Shown here: positions 50,302 to 60,250 of the stretch, one piece after another
Position numbering within the stretch: position 1 is the stretch's first letter
Layout: each line of letters starts with the position of its first letter
DNA from: a bacterium
Lineage (GTDB): Bacteria; Bacillota_I; Bacilli_A; RFN20; CAG-826
Assembly: GCA_963651465.1 (NCBI GenBank)
Contig: CAVJPS010000010.1
Location: forward strand, 52,793-116,792
Direction: 5' to 3'
Length of the DNA: 64,000 nucleotides
Notes under the pieces: generated by a model
Told to the model about the DNA's origin: nothing
Database searches by the model: none
Seen by the model: only the letters and a program-made list of their open reading frames with translations
Translations under genes and position numbers: made by a program

Positions 50302-51829
50302 TAAACTTAAATTATTCGGTGTCGCTCTATCCCTTTTTACATTAGCAGGATGTAACTATGAAGTAACTCCATCTAATTTCGATGACGCATTAGTCAATGT
50401 TGAAGGTGACGTTACAAACAACAACTATGGCGTTGTCTATGATGAATTAGTTGATGGTGGTAGTATTAATACTGCTGTATATGAAAAAATCATTGAAAAA
50501 GTAATTGAAAAAGAATTACCTGGCTTCTATGAAGGTGAAAACAAAGCTTTCGCAAATGAAGAAGAATTCAATAAAGAACTTACAAAACTCGCAAATGAAA
50601 AATTATATGATTTAATTACTTCATCTTCATATCAAACAGATAATAGATTTGATGAAGAAAAATTAGTCTTATCATTAAAGAAATCTTTCTATGATATTAA
50701 ATGTCCAACAGGTGCTAGCTATAACAAAAATACTGTAGTTTTCACACCAGAAACAAAAGCTGCTGCTTTAGACGATGGAAAACTCGGTGGTGGTGAAACT
50801 TATAGTGCTGAAAACATTCTTCACTATGATTACACAGACTATGTTGAACGCTATATTAAAAAGGATATAAAGAAAGAATTACTATATTCAAAATATATGT
50901 TAACTGAAAACTACCGTGTTTTAGGTTCATCATATGGTCGTAAAGTAAGAGTTATTGAAATTGAATCTGACACAAATTATCCAGATGCAGCTTCAAATAC
51001 AATTAACGCATTTATTAAAGAATACGTTTCAGGCAACACTGGTGATGTAGATTTAAACATCCTTTCAAAATTATGGAAAGGTGTTGACTACACAAACGGT
51101 TCAAGTGATCATGAATTATCAACTGAACTTAAAAATGTTGTTTCAACTTATAATTTACACACATTAGCAGATAACATCGAAGAAGAATACTTAAAATTTA
51201 TGGATTTCGATGGCTCAAATTACACATTAAAGAATGCTGATGTCCGTGATGATTCATTATGGTCAACATATACAGGCTCTCACAAATATCCAGCATCAGT
51301 CGGTAAAGAAAATAAAGATATCGAATTGGGTCAAAAAGACTTCATTACTGAAGGCTGGTTTGTTAAAAACGGTGGTTTAACAGATTTACCAAGTGAAATC
51401 CGTAGCCGTTTATTCGATCCAAAGACAGCAAGAGATTTCTTAAATCTTGAAGCTGGTAACACTGATGATGTTAGCGGATTCGTTCGTAAAATTGGTGGCA
51501 CATATTTCTTAGTTCCATCACTTACAGAATCTACTCCATCTGATAGTGATGTAGTTTTCTATGATTACAGCAATGCAAAATATTACATTATCGTAATTGA
51601 CAATGTTGTTAATACAGATAGCTTAAGATACACAGCTAAAGAAGGCACAGACAGAATGAACACATTAAACGATGCATACGAAATCGCAAAAATGTTAGGT
51701 TCTAAAGATGCTAACAAAACTGAAGCTGTTATCTACTATTTAGAAAACGCTGGCTTAGTCTTCCATGATTCAGATGTATGGGATTACTTCTATAGTAATT
51801 ACGAAGATGCATTTGAAGATGAAGATTAA
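50291..51829 (+). CDS. Large acidic lipoprotein of unknown function (start overlaps the upstream lipoprotein stop)
   Basis: ATG at 50291 with RBS AAGGAGA. Signal peptide plus lipobox LAGC. 512 aa. No recognisable catalytic motifs. Confidence 0.55.
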   Translation: MKNNKLKLFGVALSLFTLAGCNYEVTPSNFDDALVNVEGDVTNNNYGVVYDELVDGGSINTAVYEKIIEKVIEKELPGFYEGENKAFANEEEFNKELTKLANEKLYDLITSSSYQTDNRFDEEKLVLSLKKSFYDIKCPTGASYNKNTVVFTPETKAAALDDGKLGGGETYSAENILHYDYTDYVERYIKKDIKKELLYSKYMLTENYRVLGSSYGRKVRVIEIESDTNYPDAASNTINAFIKEYVSGNTGDVDLNILSKLWKGVDYTNGSSDHELSTELKNVVSTYNLHTLADNIEEEYLKFMDFDGSNYTLKNADVRDDSLWSTYTGSHKYPASVGKENKDIELGQKDFITEGWFVKNGGLTDLPSEIRSRLFDPKTARDFLNLEAGNTDDVSGFVRKIGGTYFLVPSLTESTPSDSDVVFYDYSNAKYYIIVIDNVVNTDSLRYTAKEGTDRMNTLNDAYEIAKMLGSKDANKTEAVIYYLENAGLVFHDSDVWDYFYSNYEDAFEDED

Positions 51830-51901
51830 TTCAAATTAAAATCAAAAGAAGGCCTTCATGGTCTTCTTTTTTGTTATATAATATTATTAGAGGTGAAAAA
51901 T

Positions 51902-52318
51902 ATGGATAATTGTATTTTTTGTAAAATTGCAAATGGTGAAATACCATGTCAAAAAGTTTATGAAGATGATGATGTATTAGCATTCTTAGATATTTCACAA
52001 GTAACTGTTGGACATACATTAGTTATTCCAAAGAAGCATTTTGATAATTTCTTGGCTACACCAAAAGATTTGATGCATAAATGCATGGACGTTGCTCAAA
52101 CTATTGGTCAAATTCAAATTAAAAAATTACACGCTAAAGGGGTAAATATTTTAACTAACTGTTACAAAGAAGCTGGGCAAACAGTAATGCACTATCATGT
52201 ACATGTTATTCCTCGTTATTACGAAGGTGATGGATTCCGTTTAGAAATGCACGATAATTCAGAATTACCAACATTAAATTTACCAGCAATTGCTACAACA
52301 ATTAAAACTGGATTCTAA
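51902..52318 (+). CDS. HIT-family nucleotide hydrolase (Hint-like)
   Basis: HYHVHVIP histidine triad. Start 51902 with RBS AGAGGTGA. Confidence 0.85.
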   Translation: MDNCIFCKIANGEIPCQKVYEDDDVLAFLDISQVTVGHTLVIPKKHFDNFLATPKDLMHKCMDVAQTIGQIQIKKLHAKGVNILTNCYKEAGQTVMHYHVHVIPRYYEGDGFRLEMHDNSELPTLNLPAIATTIKTGF

Positions 52319-52320
52319 TA

Positions 52321-52358
52321 AAAATGCTAGATGTTATATTTCATCTAGCATTTTTTTA
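52321..52358. terminator. Bidirectional intrinsic terminator between the HIT gene and yhaM
   Basis: Perfect 10-bp hairpin ATGCTAGATG...CATCTAGCAT with a T7 run. Confidence 0.65.
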
Positions 52359-53303
52359 TTTTGAGTTTTTAGGTTTATAAAAGCATCTTTCGTCTAATGC
52401 AAATACTTTAGAAGTAAACTCACCAGGTTCAACTAAATTTAATGCTTTATCTAAAATAGTCATTTTAGCGTCCATATCATCAATCATATTCAATAATACA
52501 GCTTCACGAGTTAAAGGTAGAACTGGCGAACCAAATTCTTGTTTACCATGATGAGATAATATCATATGTTCCAATAACAAACCTTTTTCGTTAACCATAG
52601 GATCAATGCCTAATTTTTTGCAAGTTTCTCTTATCATAGATTGCATTATAGAAATATGTCCAATTAATTTACCTTGAGTTGTATATTTAGGAATAATTGG
52701 TCCACTTAATTCAATAGTTTTACCTACGTCATGTAATATAATTCCAGTCATCAATAAATCGCGATCAACTTGAGGGTAATGTGAACAAACTAATTCTCCC
52801 ATTTCTGCCATTGAGATAGTATGATGTAATAATCCGTTTGCGTATTCATGGTGATTACGAATTGCTGCTGGGAAGCATATAAAATCATCATAAACATCAT
52901 TCATTATACTTTCTAATATTGCTTTACAAGTTTCATCTTTAATAGAATTTACAAATTCATTTAAACGTTCTACTAATTCATTTTGAGGAATAGGTGCACT
53001 TATTGTAAAATTAGTAACATCAATCCCTGCAAGAGGTACAATTGTACCATTTAAAATTTTTCCTTGAAGACCATTACGATATAATATAACCTCAAGATCA
53101 ACATTTACAATATTGCCTGGAACAAAAATTTGGGCGTCTTCATCTTTTGCATCCCATTTTTTACACTCGATTGTGCCGGTTTTATCTTGTAAAGTAATAG
53201 ATAAATATGGCATTCCATTGTTACTTGTACCTTTTGTACAATTAGTTACTAAATATGACTCATTAACATGGTCTTTTTCTACAAATTCATTAATATATTT
53301 CAT
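52356..53303 (-). CDS. yhaM: 3'-5' exoribonuclease YhaM (OB-fold plus HD domain)
   Basis: N-terminal OB fold, HD motif ILHDVGK. Start 53303 with RBS GGAGGT. The ORF-track N-terminal extension lacks an SD. Confidence 0.8.
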   Translation of the reverse strand: MKYINEFVEKDHVNESYLVTNCTKGTSNNGMPYLSITLQDKTGTIECKKWDAKDEDAQIFVPGNIVNVDLEVILYRNGLQGKILNGTIVPLAGIDVTNFTISAPIPQNELVERLNEFVNSIKDETCKAILESIMNDVYDDFICFPAAIRNHHEYANGLLHHTISMAEMGELVCSHYPQVDRDLLMTGIILHDVGKTIELSGPIIPKYTTQGKLIGHISIMQSMIRETCKKLGIDPMVNEKGLLLEHMILSHHGKQEFGSPVLPLTREAVLLNMIDDMDAKMTILDKALNLVEPGEFTSKVFALDERCFYKPKNSK

Positions 53304-53343
53304 ATCAAGACCTCCATGTATATTATACCTTTTATTAACATAG

Positions 53344-53958
53344 TTATAAAGAAAAAGAAAATTCAATTTTTGTTTTTTCATTAATTATTTTTTTTATTAA
53401 TGTATCATCAAATCCACGTCTTAATAATAATAGATAGATTTTATTAATTTCGTTCCTATCGTCGTAATTTTCATTAATCAATACTTTTAAATTATTAATT
53501 TTTTCAATTTCAGATTTTTCATCAAATTGCAACTGACTAATATATTTATACGAAATACCTGCCTTAAATAGTTTATTAATAATATAATTACGCCCATAAT
53601 TTTTAAATTCGTAATATTCTTTAACTGATGCTGCATATTTTTCATCATTTAATAAACCTGCTTCAGTCATCCTATAAACTAAATATTTAATATTTTGGTA
53701 TGATACTTCCTTATTTTTTAATTTGTTTTTATATTCGTAGGTTGATTTATGATATCGTTTTAAATAGTTTTGAGACCATTTTATTAATTTATTCAAATTA
53801 CTAAGATTACGTATTAATTGATATTCTTTTTTTGAAATATCTTTTCCATTATATAAAAATAGATCCGTATAAACATCATAATTTAATCGATATGTTTCAC
53901 CGTTTTCAATCTTAATAACAACATGTTCTTTTTTTACTATAATATTTGAAATCATCAT
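53344..53958 (-). CDS. recX: RecX-like regulatory protein
   Basis: Three-helix repeat pattern with ...LNDEKYAASVKEYYEFKNYGRNYIINKLFKAGISYKYISQL... typical of RecX. Start 53958 with RBS GAGGTGA. Confidence 0.5.
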   Translation of the reverse strand: MMISNIIVKKEHVVIKIENGETYRLNYDVYTDLFLYNGKDISKKEYQLIRNLSNLNKLIKWSQNYLKRYHKSTYEYKNKLKNKEVSYQNIKYLVYRMTEAGLLNDEKYAASVKEYYEFKNYGRNYIINKLFKAGISYKYISQLQFDEKSEIEKINNLKVLINENYDDRNEINKIYLLLLRRGFDDTLIKKIINEKTKIEFSFSL

Positions 53959-54020
53959 AAATATCACCTCGTAAAAAGAATAACATTACGAAGTAATATT
54001 CTAGTCTCATTATTGTCTCA

Positions 54021-55208
54021 TTATTTTTTTATCTTAATTTTGATGATTTCCATTTGGCGTGGTGAAGGAATATAAATTTGTCTATCGTCTGTAACGTATG
54101 CGTCGATCTCTTCTCTCATACCAAAATCTGGTGCATAAATACCTGGTTCAATAGAAAACGCAACATTATTAATTAATTCTCGCTCATCATGTGTTTCAAA
54201 ATTATCAATATTAACACCTAATCCATGAGGCGAATCAAAAATTGATATTGAGTGTCCTGTTCTATGGATAAAATATTCACCATAGCCATATTTATTAATA
54301 ACAGAACGTGTAACATCATCCACTTCAAATCCTTTAACGGATCTAAGTGGTAATTCTTTATTTAAAAACTCTAAAGTTTTATCAATTGATTCTTTAATTA
54401 TATTAAAGCGTTCAATGTATTTTTGAGGTATATCATCACCAACATATCCAATCCAAGTGATGTCACCAAATACGGCTTTGGGGTTGTTTATTTTTGCCCA
54501 TAGATCAATTAAAACCATATCCCCTTCATGGATATATGAAGTTACTTCAGCAGTTGGAGCATAATGTGGATTATTAGCGTTTTCTCCAATAGCAACTATA
54601 GGATCATCATCGGTAATCATATTCATCGAAACAAAAAGTTTCATTATATATTGTTGAACTTCATATTCACTTACTTTACCATTTTTACCAATTTGATCAC
54701 CAATATATTGAAATGCTAAATCTTTTGCTTTGTTACAATTTAAAGCACTTTGTGTAAATAAATCAAGAGATTCATCTTTAAATGGTGCAACTAATGTTTG
54801 AGCTAAATTTGCACTAGATTTTACCTCAATTCCCATATCTTTAATCATCTTTACTGTACCGTAATCAGTATAGGAAGAATGAGGCATCAAACCAAAATCA
54901 CTAACTTCCATTAAAATTTTTGAAAAATTTTTTAATTTAATTTTTAACATATTCATGAGTTCGTTCCAATTAGTATAAACACATAAATCTAAGTGTTCTT
55001 CTAAGTCCTTAATTTGAACTGTATCAATCTTATGAATTATTATAAAAGGCTTCCCTTTTGTAGGTATAACTAGAAATACTTTTCTAGTTAAAAATCTTTT
55101 ACCAATTAAAGAAATTAAAGACGGATTGTTACATTCATAGTCGTAAACAACCCAAGCATCAACGTTTTCTTTAATTAAATTTTGTTGAATTTTTTCAGTA
55201 CAAAACAT
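54021..55208 (-). CDS. M24-family Xaa-Pro aminopeptidase/dipeptidase
   Basis: Pita-bread fold metal ligands (D...D...HRTGHSIS...E...E). Start 55208 with RBS GGAGATG. The ORF-track's hydrophobic N-terminal extension has no SD. Confidence 0.8.
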   Translation of the reverse strand: MFCTEKIQQNLIKENVDAWVVYDYECNNPSLISLIGKRFLTRKVFLVIPTKGKPFIIIHKIDTVQIKDLEEHLDLCVYTNWNELMNMLKIKLKNFSKILMEVSDFGLMPHSSYTDYGTVKMIKDMGIEVKSSANLAQTLVAPFKDESLDLFTQSALNCNKAKDLAFQYIGDQIGKNGKVSEYEVQQYIMKLFVSMNMITDDDPIVAIGENANNPHYAPTAEVTSYIHEGDMVLIDLWAKINNPKAVFGDITWIGYVGDDIPQKYIERFNIIKESIDKTLEFLNKELPLRSVKGFEVDDVTRSVINKYGYGEYFIHRTGHSISIFDSPHGLGVNIDNFETHDERELINNVAFSIEPGIYAPDFGMREEIDAYVTDDRQIYIPSPRQMEIIKIKIKK

Positions 55209-55313
55209 AATATCATCTCCGTATTTTATAATAGCACAGAAAAAAATTATCTTTACAATAAATATAAAATATGTTTTACTAATTCCATACAAAGAACAGA
55301 AAGGAGAAGCAGC

Positions 55314-55697
55314 ATGCATAAGAAGAAAAACAACTTTAGAGCAGCACGTCTTAATGCAAACATTTCGCAGTCCGATGTAGCTAAAAAACTAGGGCATACA
55401 TCTCAAACAATTTGTCACTGGGAACACGGCTATAGTGAAGCGGATTACGATTCGCTTATGGACTTAGCTAAGCTTTATTCAGTTTCAATCGATTTTCTTA
55501 TCGGCAACATCGACAAGCACGAAGAAAACAAGCGTAAAAGAATTAAAAAGAATTACGATGTTAACATCGATGATATCAATCGTATTGTTGTTATGAATCG
55601 CAAGAAAATTATTAGAGCAATCCACAATGTTGCAAGACTTTATAAAGCTGAAATAAAAAGAATTATCAAAAAAAATGACAATTCTTCTAAAAAATAA
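55314..55697 (+). CDS. XRE-family HTH transcriptional regulator with Lys/Arg-rich C-terminal tail
   Basis: RBS AAAGGAGAAG. HTH LNANISQSDVAKKLGHTSQTICHWEHG. Divergent from the aminopeptidase gene. 127 aa. Confidence 0.65.
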   Translation: MHKKKNNFRAARLNANISQSDVAKKLGHTSQTICHWEHGYSEADYDSLMDLAKLYSVSIDFLIGNIDKHEENKRKRIKKNYDVNIDDINRIVVMNRKKIIRAIHNVARLYKAEIKRIIKKNDNSSKK

Positions 55698-55707
55698 AAA
55701 TTAAATA

Positions 55708-56568
55708 TTAATACTTGTGCGATACAGCTATAGCAAAGGCACCTGGTCCAATATGACAAGCAACTGACAATGATAAAGGATGAATTACTAGTTCATATTC
55801 TGGAAAATTTTCATGAACGTCTTCAATGAAACGATCAAAAAATTCTTTATCACCAGGCGTATAAGCGAGGGATAATTGATAAGTATCAGGAGTTGCATTA
55901 AATCTCTCACATAAATCTTTTTTCATTTGATCAATCATGATTAATTTAGCTTTCTTTGTTCCTAACGCTTTAGCAAACGCATCTAATTTTTCACCTTGAA
56001 TTTGTAATACAGGTTTAATTCTAAGTAATTCGCCTAATAAGGCACCTGCTGGAGTTACTCGTCCCCCCTTCTTTAAATAAGATAGAGTATCGACAGTAAT
56101 GTAAATTGATGAATTAAACTTGTCATCTTCAAGGTATTTTTTTATGTAAGCACCATCGTGACCTTCTTTAGCTAATTTAATAGCATCAAGAACTGATTGA
56201 TACATAGTAACAGAAATACGTTGATTATTAACAACAAAAACACGATTGTTATATTCTTCAGCAAGCATAGTTGCTGTTTCACACGATTTTGATAAACCAC
56301 TACTCATTGGAATATAAACAATTTCATCATAATTTTCTAAAACTTCATCCCATAATGCTGTTACGCTACCGATTGAAGGTTGAGATGTAGATATATTAAC
56401 TTTATCTTTTAAAAGTTCAAAAAACTTTTCTTGAGATAAATCCTTTTCTTCGTAATATACTTCACCATTAATCATAAATGGCATTGACACTAGAAAGATA
56501 CCTAATTTTTTACTTTCAGCTATAGTTACCCCGCTATTGCTGTCAGTTATAATTGCAACTTTTTTCAT
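55708..56568 (-). CDS. DegV-family fatty-acid-binding protein
   Basis: MKKVAIITDSNSG N-terminus and EDD-fold DegV pattern. 286 aa. Confidence 0.85.
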   Translation of the reverse strand: MKKVAIITDSNSGVTIAESKKLGIFLVSMPFMINGEVYYEEKDLSQEKFFELLKDKVNISTSQPSIGSVTALWDEVLENYDEIVYIPMSSGLSKSCETATMLAEEYNNRVFVVNNQRISVTMYQSVLDAIKLAKEGHDGAYIKKYLEDDKFNSSIYITVDTLSYLKKGGRVTPAGALLGELLRIKPVLQIQGEKLDAFAKALGTKKAKLIMIDQMKKDLCERFNATPDTYQLSLAYTPGDKEFFDRFIEDVHENFPEYELVIHPLSLSVACHIGPGAFAIAVSHKY

Positions 56569-56694
56569 AATCTAAACTCCTTGCTATGAGTATTTTACCA
56601 CAATAAAAGCAAAAGTAAAGAGAAGTGTCCCCATTACTTATCCTACAAATAACAAAAAAAAAATCACAATGGAATATTCCAAAGTGATTTTTAG

Positions 56695-57195
56695 TTATTC
56701 TTTAAATTCTTTTCCTCTAATAATCGAATTGATTAAACCTTTACATTGGCCAGGTTCTTCTAAAAAATAGACTTTATAATTAGAACCATCTTTTCGTTTA
56801 ACAATAAGCTTATTAGGATTAACACCTTTAATAGGAGCCCACATTTCTTTAGCACTAGCAAAGTCTAATTCATCTTTTAAGATTTTAACATTAGTTTTTT
56901 TATTTAATTGTACTAATACATATTCTTCACCTTTTTTGTTACAAATATTTAAAATTTTATTTTTAGTTACAAGGTACATTATTATATACCATGCAAGATA
57001 ACCAGCAAATAAGGCAAACAATAATACAAAAATACTTAATGCAACATAGAATATAATTTGAGCTACTAATTTTTCAAACATTGGAGCAACAATTAATTCA
57101 ATTACTAATAATCCAACTGATGAAATTAAAAATGTGAAGAAATAGAAAATTGCGTTTTTTAAGGAATTAATATCCTTATCAAATGAATAAATCAT
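56695..57195 (-). CDS. Hypothetical membrane protein (2 TM helices plus small C-terminal soluble domain)
   Basis: Two hydrophobic helices, no recognisable motif. Followed by a long palindromic hairpin (AATCAC-AATGGAATATTCCAAA-GTGATT) plus T-run. Confidence 0.4.
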   Translation of the reverse strand: MIYSFDKDINSLKNAIFYFFTFLISSVGLLVIELIVAPMFEKLVAQIIFYVALSIFVLLFALFAGYLAWYIIMYLVTKNKILNICNKKGEEYVLVQLNKKTNVKILKDELDFASAKEMWAPIKGVNPNKLIVKRKDGSNYKVYFLEEPGQCKGLINSIIRGKEFKE

Positions 57196-57198
57196 AAA

Positions 57199-57546
57199 CT
57201 ACCTTTCTAGAGAACGAGTAGCTAAAATGTCAACACCAGTATCAAGAATGTTTGATACAATAACTTGTTTAACCTTAATTGGAGCTTTGACGTGTACTTT
57301 ATCTAGTTCTCTTATTGCTTTTGCGATAAGGTCTTTAGGTAATTCACTAGAACTAATAACTGGTAGGCGTGAATAAAGTTCACTATCTACTCTAACAGTT
57401 GATGTTAACATTCTTTTTGGACATGTTAATTCGTTTTGAACATATTGATATCCACGAGGACAAGAATTACCTGTAATATTGCCTTCATCGTCAACATTTA
57501 TTCTACAACCTCTTGGACATACAATGCAAATAAATTCTTTACTCAT
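57199..57546 (-). CDS. DUF1667 domain protein (third subunit of GlpA-like glycerol-3-phosphate dehydrogenase systems)
   Basis: CIVCPRGC...CPRGY cysteine motifs of DUF1667. Start 57546 with RBS GGAGGTTG. Confidence 0.7.
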   Translation of the reverse strand: MSKEFICIVCPRGCRINVDDEGNITGNSCPRGYQYVQNELTCPKRMLTSTVRVDSELYSRLPVISSSELPKDLIAKAIRELDKVHVKAPIKVKQVIVSNILDTGVDILATRSLER

Positions 57547-57547
57547 A

Positions 57548-58798
57548 TTATTCTTCAACCTCCACTGTTAATTCTCCATCTTTTAATAGAGTTTTATCAA
57601 TTAATAGACTTTCCATTTCTGATGGTATTAAATGAGGCTTCTTAATAGTTTTAACCACCTCTCCATTAACTTTAACTATTAAATTAACGCCATGCATTGG
57701 CTTAACAACACGGAAATTCAATTCAACTTTATCACCAATAATTTGTTCACTTCTGATTAAGCCCGGCACTACATAGCCAATACCATTTAAGTTTTTAACA
57801 GTAATATTTGCAGGTTCGTTGTTCAATTTGCCTTCAACATATAAAGCAGCACTACGGCCAGCTTTACGAGACTCTTTAGTAACAAAATCAACTAAATCAT
57901 GAACGTGTAAACAGTTACCACACGAGAATACTCCAGGTACAGATGTTTGTAAATTTTGATCTACAATAGCACCTTTTGTACGAGGGTTAGTTGCAACACC
58001 AATATTTTCTAACAATTGATTAAATGGAATTAAACCAACTGATAATAACAGAGTATCACAATCAAAATGCATTTCAGTGCCAGGAATAGGTTGGAGTTTT
58101 TCATCAACTTTTGAAATGTCGATGCCTTCTAAATTATCTTTACCATATATTCTAGAAACTGTATGTGATAAATATAAAGGAATATCAAAGTCTTTTAGAC
58201 ATTGAACAATATTACGATTTAAACCATTTGAGTATGGCATTAATTCAGCAACGCCAAGAACTTGAGCACCTTCAAGTGTCATACGACGAGCCATAATTAA
58301 GCCAATATCACCAGAACCTAAAATAAATACTTTTTTACCAACAAGGTAACCATCAATATTTAAATAGCGTTGTGCTAAACCAGCAGTGAAAACACCTTTT
58401 GGTCTAGATCCTGGAATATTAATTGCTCCTCTAGTTCTTTCGATACAGCCGCATGCCATAACAATTGCTTTAGCTTTAACTTCAACATAACCATCTTTAT
58501 CATTTGAAAAAGCAACAACTTTATCAGGAGAAATAGACATAACTAAAGAATTTAATTTATATTCAATGTTTCTTTCTTTAAACATTTCAATAAAACGAGA
58601 TGCATATTCTGGACCAGCTAATTGCTCTTTAAATTCTTGAAGACCAAAACCATTGTGGATGCATTGATTTAAGATACCACCTAAATCACCATCTTTTTCT
58701 AATACGAGAATATCACGTGCTCCATTCTCGTATGCTTCGATAGCTGCTGCTAAACCTGCAGCACCACCACCAACAATAACAATATCCTTATTAATCAT
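57548..58798 (-). CDS. NAD(P)/FAD-dependent oxidoreductase (pyridine nucleotide-disulfide family), partner of the GlpA-like dehydrogenase
   Basis: Two Rossmann motifs (IVGGGAAGLAAA; ILGSGDIGL). About 416 aa. Confidence 0.75.
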   Translation of the reverse strand: MINKDIVIVGGGAAGLAAAIEAYENGARDILVLEKDGDLGGILNQCIHNGFGLQEFKEQLAGPEYASRFIEMFKERNIEYKLNSLVMSISPDKVVAFSNDKDGYVEVKAKAIVMACGCIERTRGAINIPGSRPKGVFTAGLAQRYLNIDGYLVGKKVFILGSGDIGLIMARRMTLEGAQVLGVAELMPYSNGLNRNIVQCLKDFDIPLYLSHTVSRIYGKDNLEGIDISKVDEKLQPIPGTEMHFDCDTLLLSVGLIPFNQLLENIGVATNPRTKGAIVDQNLQTSVPGVFSCGNCLHVHDLVDFVTKESRKAGRSAALYVEGKLNNEPANITVKNLNGIGYVVPGLIRSEQIIGDKVELNFRVVKPMHGVNLIVKVNGEVVKTIKKPHLIPSEMESLLIDKTLLKDGELTVEVEE

Positions 58799-60245
58799 GT
58801 AAATCACCAACCTTTGTTTCGTATTTACAAACTATAGTATCTTTTGCACCATAATTGATATTTTCACGTTTAAGTCCTAATTCACGTGCGATAATTGCAA
58901 TAACTTGTGGTTCACACATTGCACCTTGGCAACGTCCGAATCCAGGACGACAACGTTTTTTAACGCCTTTAACTGTTGTTGCACCACAATTACGATTAAT
59001 ACAATCAATAATTTCAGCTTCAGAAATTTTCTCACAACGGCAAACAATATGACCATAAAGAGGATTTTCTTTAATAACTTTATTTTTCTCTTCAGCAGTT
59101 AAATATTTAAATCTTACTACTGGACGACGTGTTGGATTGAAATTAGGATTTTCAACTAACTCAAGGACACTGCCAACCAATTCAGTAACTTTTAATGCAA
59201 TCGCAGGTGTACTTGCAAGTCCAGGAGATTGGATACCTGCACAGTTAATAATATTTTTACTTACAGAAGATTGTTCGATTATAAAATCACCATGGTTAAT
59301 GTTGCTTACTGCACGTAAACCACTAAACTCACGAATCAAATGATTGTATGGCATTTTTTCAATGATACGAGATGCTTGAACACGAACATAATCAAGAATA
59401 TCTTTATTTGTTGAAACATCATCTTTATCATTAACAAAATCACTTGATGGACCAATAATAAAGTTATCACTAGTTGTAGGTGATACAAGAACGCCTTTAC
59501 CTTTATCACTTGGTAACATAAATATTGTATGTTTTAAGAAATTATTATCAAAATGGTCTAAGACGAAATATTCACCTTTACGAGGATTGACTTCATATTC
59601 GGGGTTAGGATTAACCATTTTATTAATTTCATCACTATAAACACCAGCAGAATTAATGAGAACTTTTGTCTCAATAACTTCGCCGTTTTCAAGAGTAACT
59701 TTAATTACATCTTGAGAAGCATCAATAGCAATAACCTTTGAATTTAATTTTAATTCAGCACCATTATCCATTGCGTTTTCCATTAAAGCAACAGTTAATT
59801 CAAATGGATTAACAATGCCACAAGTTGGTGCAAACAAAGCACCTTTAATAGATTTGTTTAAGTTTGGTTCCATTTCTTGAAGACGTTTTGCGTCAATAAT
59901 TTCACATGGAACACCATTTTCTTTTGAACGCAATGCCAAAGCATCAAGCTTTTTCATTTCTTCATCATCGCATGCGATTGTTAATGAACCGTCTTGACGA
60001 AATGGAACATCAAGTTCTTTACATAATTGAGGATATAGACTATTTCCTAATACATTAAGTTTTGCTTTAAGTGTGCCAGGCTCAGGATCATATCCGGAGT
60101 GAACAATTGCACTATTAGCACAGGATGTTCCTTCACAAACATCATTTTCTTTTTCAACAACAACAATTTTTAATTTATATTTTGAAAGATTTCTAGCAAT
60201 GGCGCAACCAACTACACCACCACCAACAATTAATACATCATACAT
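58791..60245 (-). CDS. glpA: FAD-dependent glycerol-3-phosphate dehydrogenase, GlpA-like, with C-terminal BFD-like [2Fe-2S] domain
   Basis: MYDVLIVGGGVVGCA FAD motif. C-terminal CRCEKIS...C...C...C BFD-type cluster. Adjacent to glpK. 484 aa. Confidence 0.8.
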   Translation of the reverse strand: MYDVLIVGGGVVGCAIARNLSKYKLKIVVVEKENDVCEGTSCANSAIVHSGYDPEPGTLKAKLNVLGNSLYPQLCKELDVPFRQDGSLTIACDDEEMKKLDALALRSKENGVPCEIIDAKRLQEMEPNLNKSIKGALFAPTCGIVNPFELTVALMENAMDNGAELKLNSKVIAIDASQDVIKVTLENGEVIETKVLINSAGVYSDEINKMVNPNPEYEVNPRKGEYFVLDHFDNNFLKHTIFMLPSDKGKGVLVSPTTSDNFIIGPSSDFVNDKDDVSTNKDILDYVRVQASRIIEKMPYNHLIREFSGLRAVSNINHGDFIIEQSSVSKNIINCAGIQSPGLASTPAIALKVTELVGSVLELVENPNFNPTRRPVVRFKYLTAEEKNKVIKENPLYGHIVCRCEKISEAEIIDCINRNCGATTVKGVKKRCRPGFGRCQGAMCEPQVIAIIARELGLKRENINYGAKDTIVCKYETKVGDLHD

Positions 60246-60250
60246 AATTT

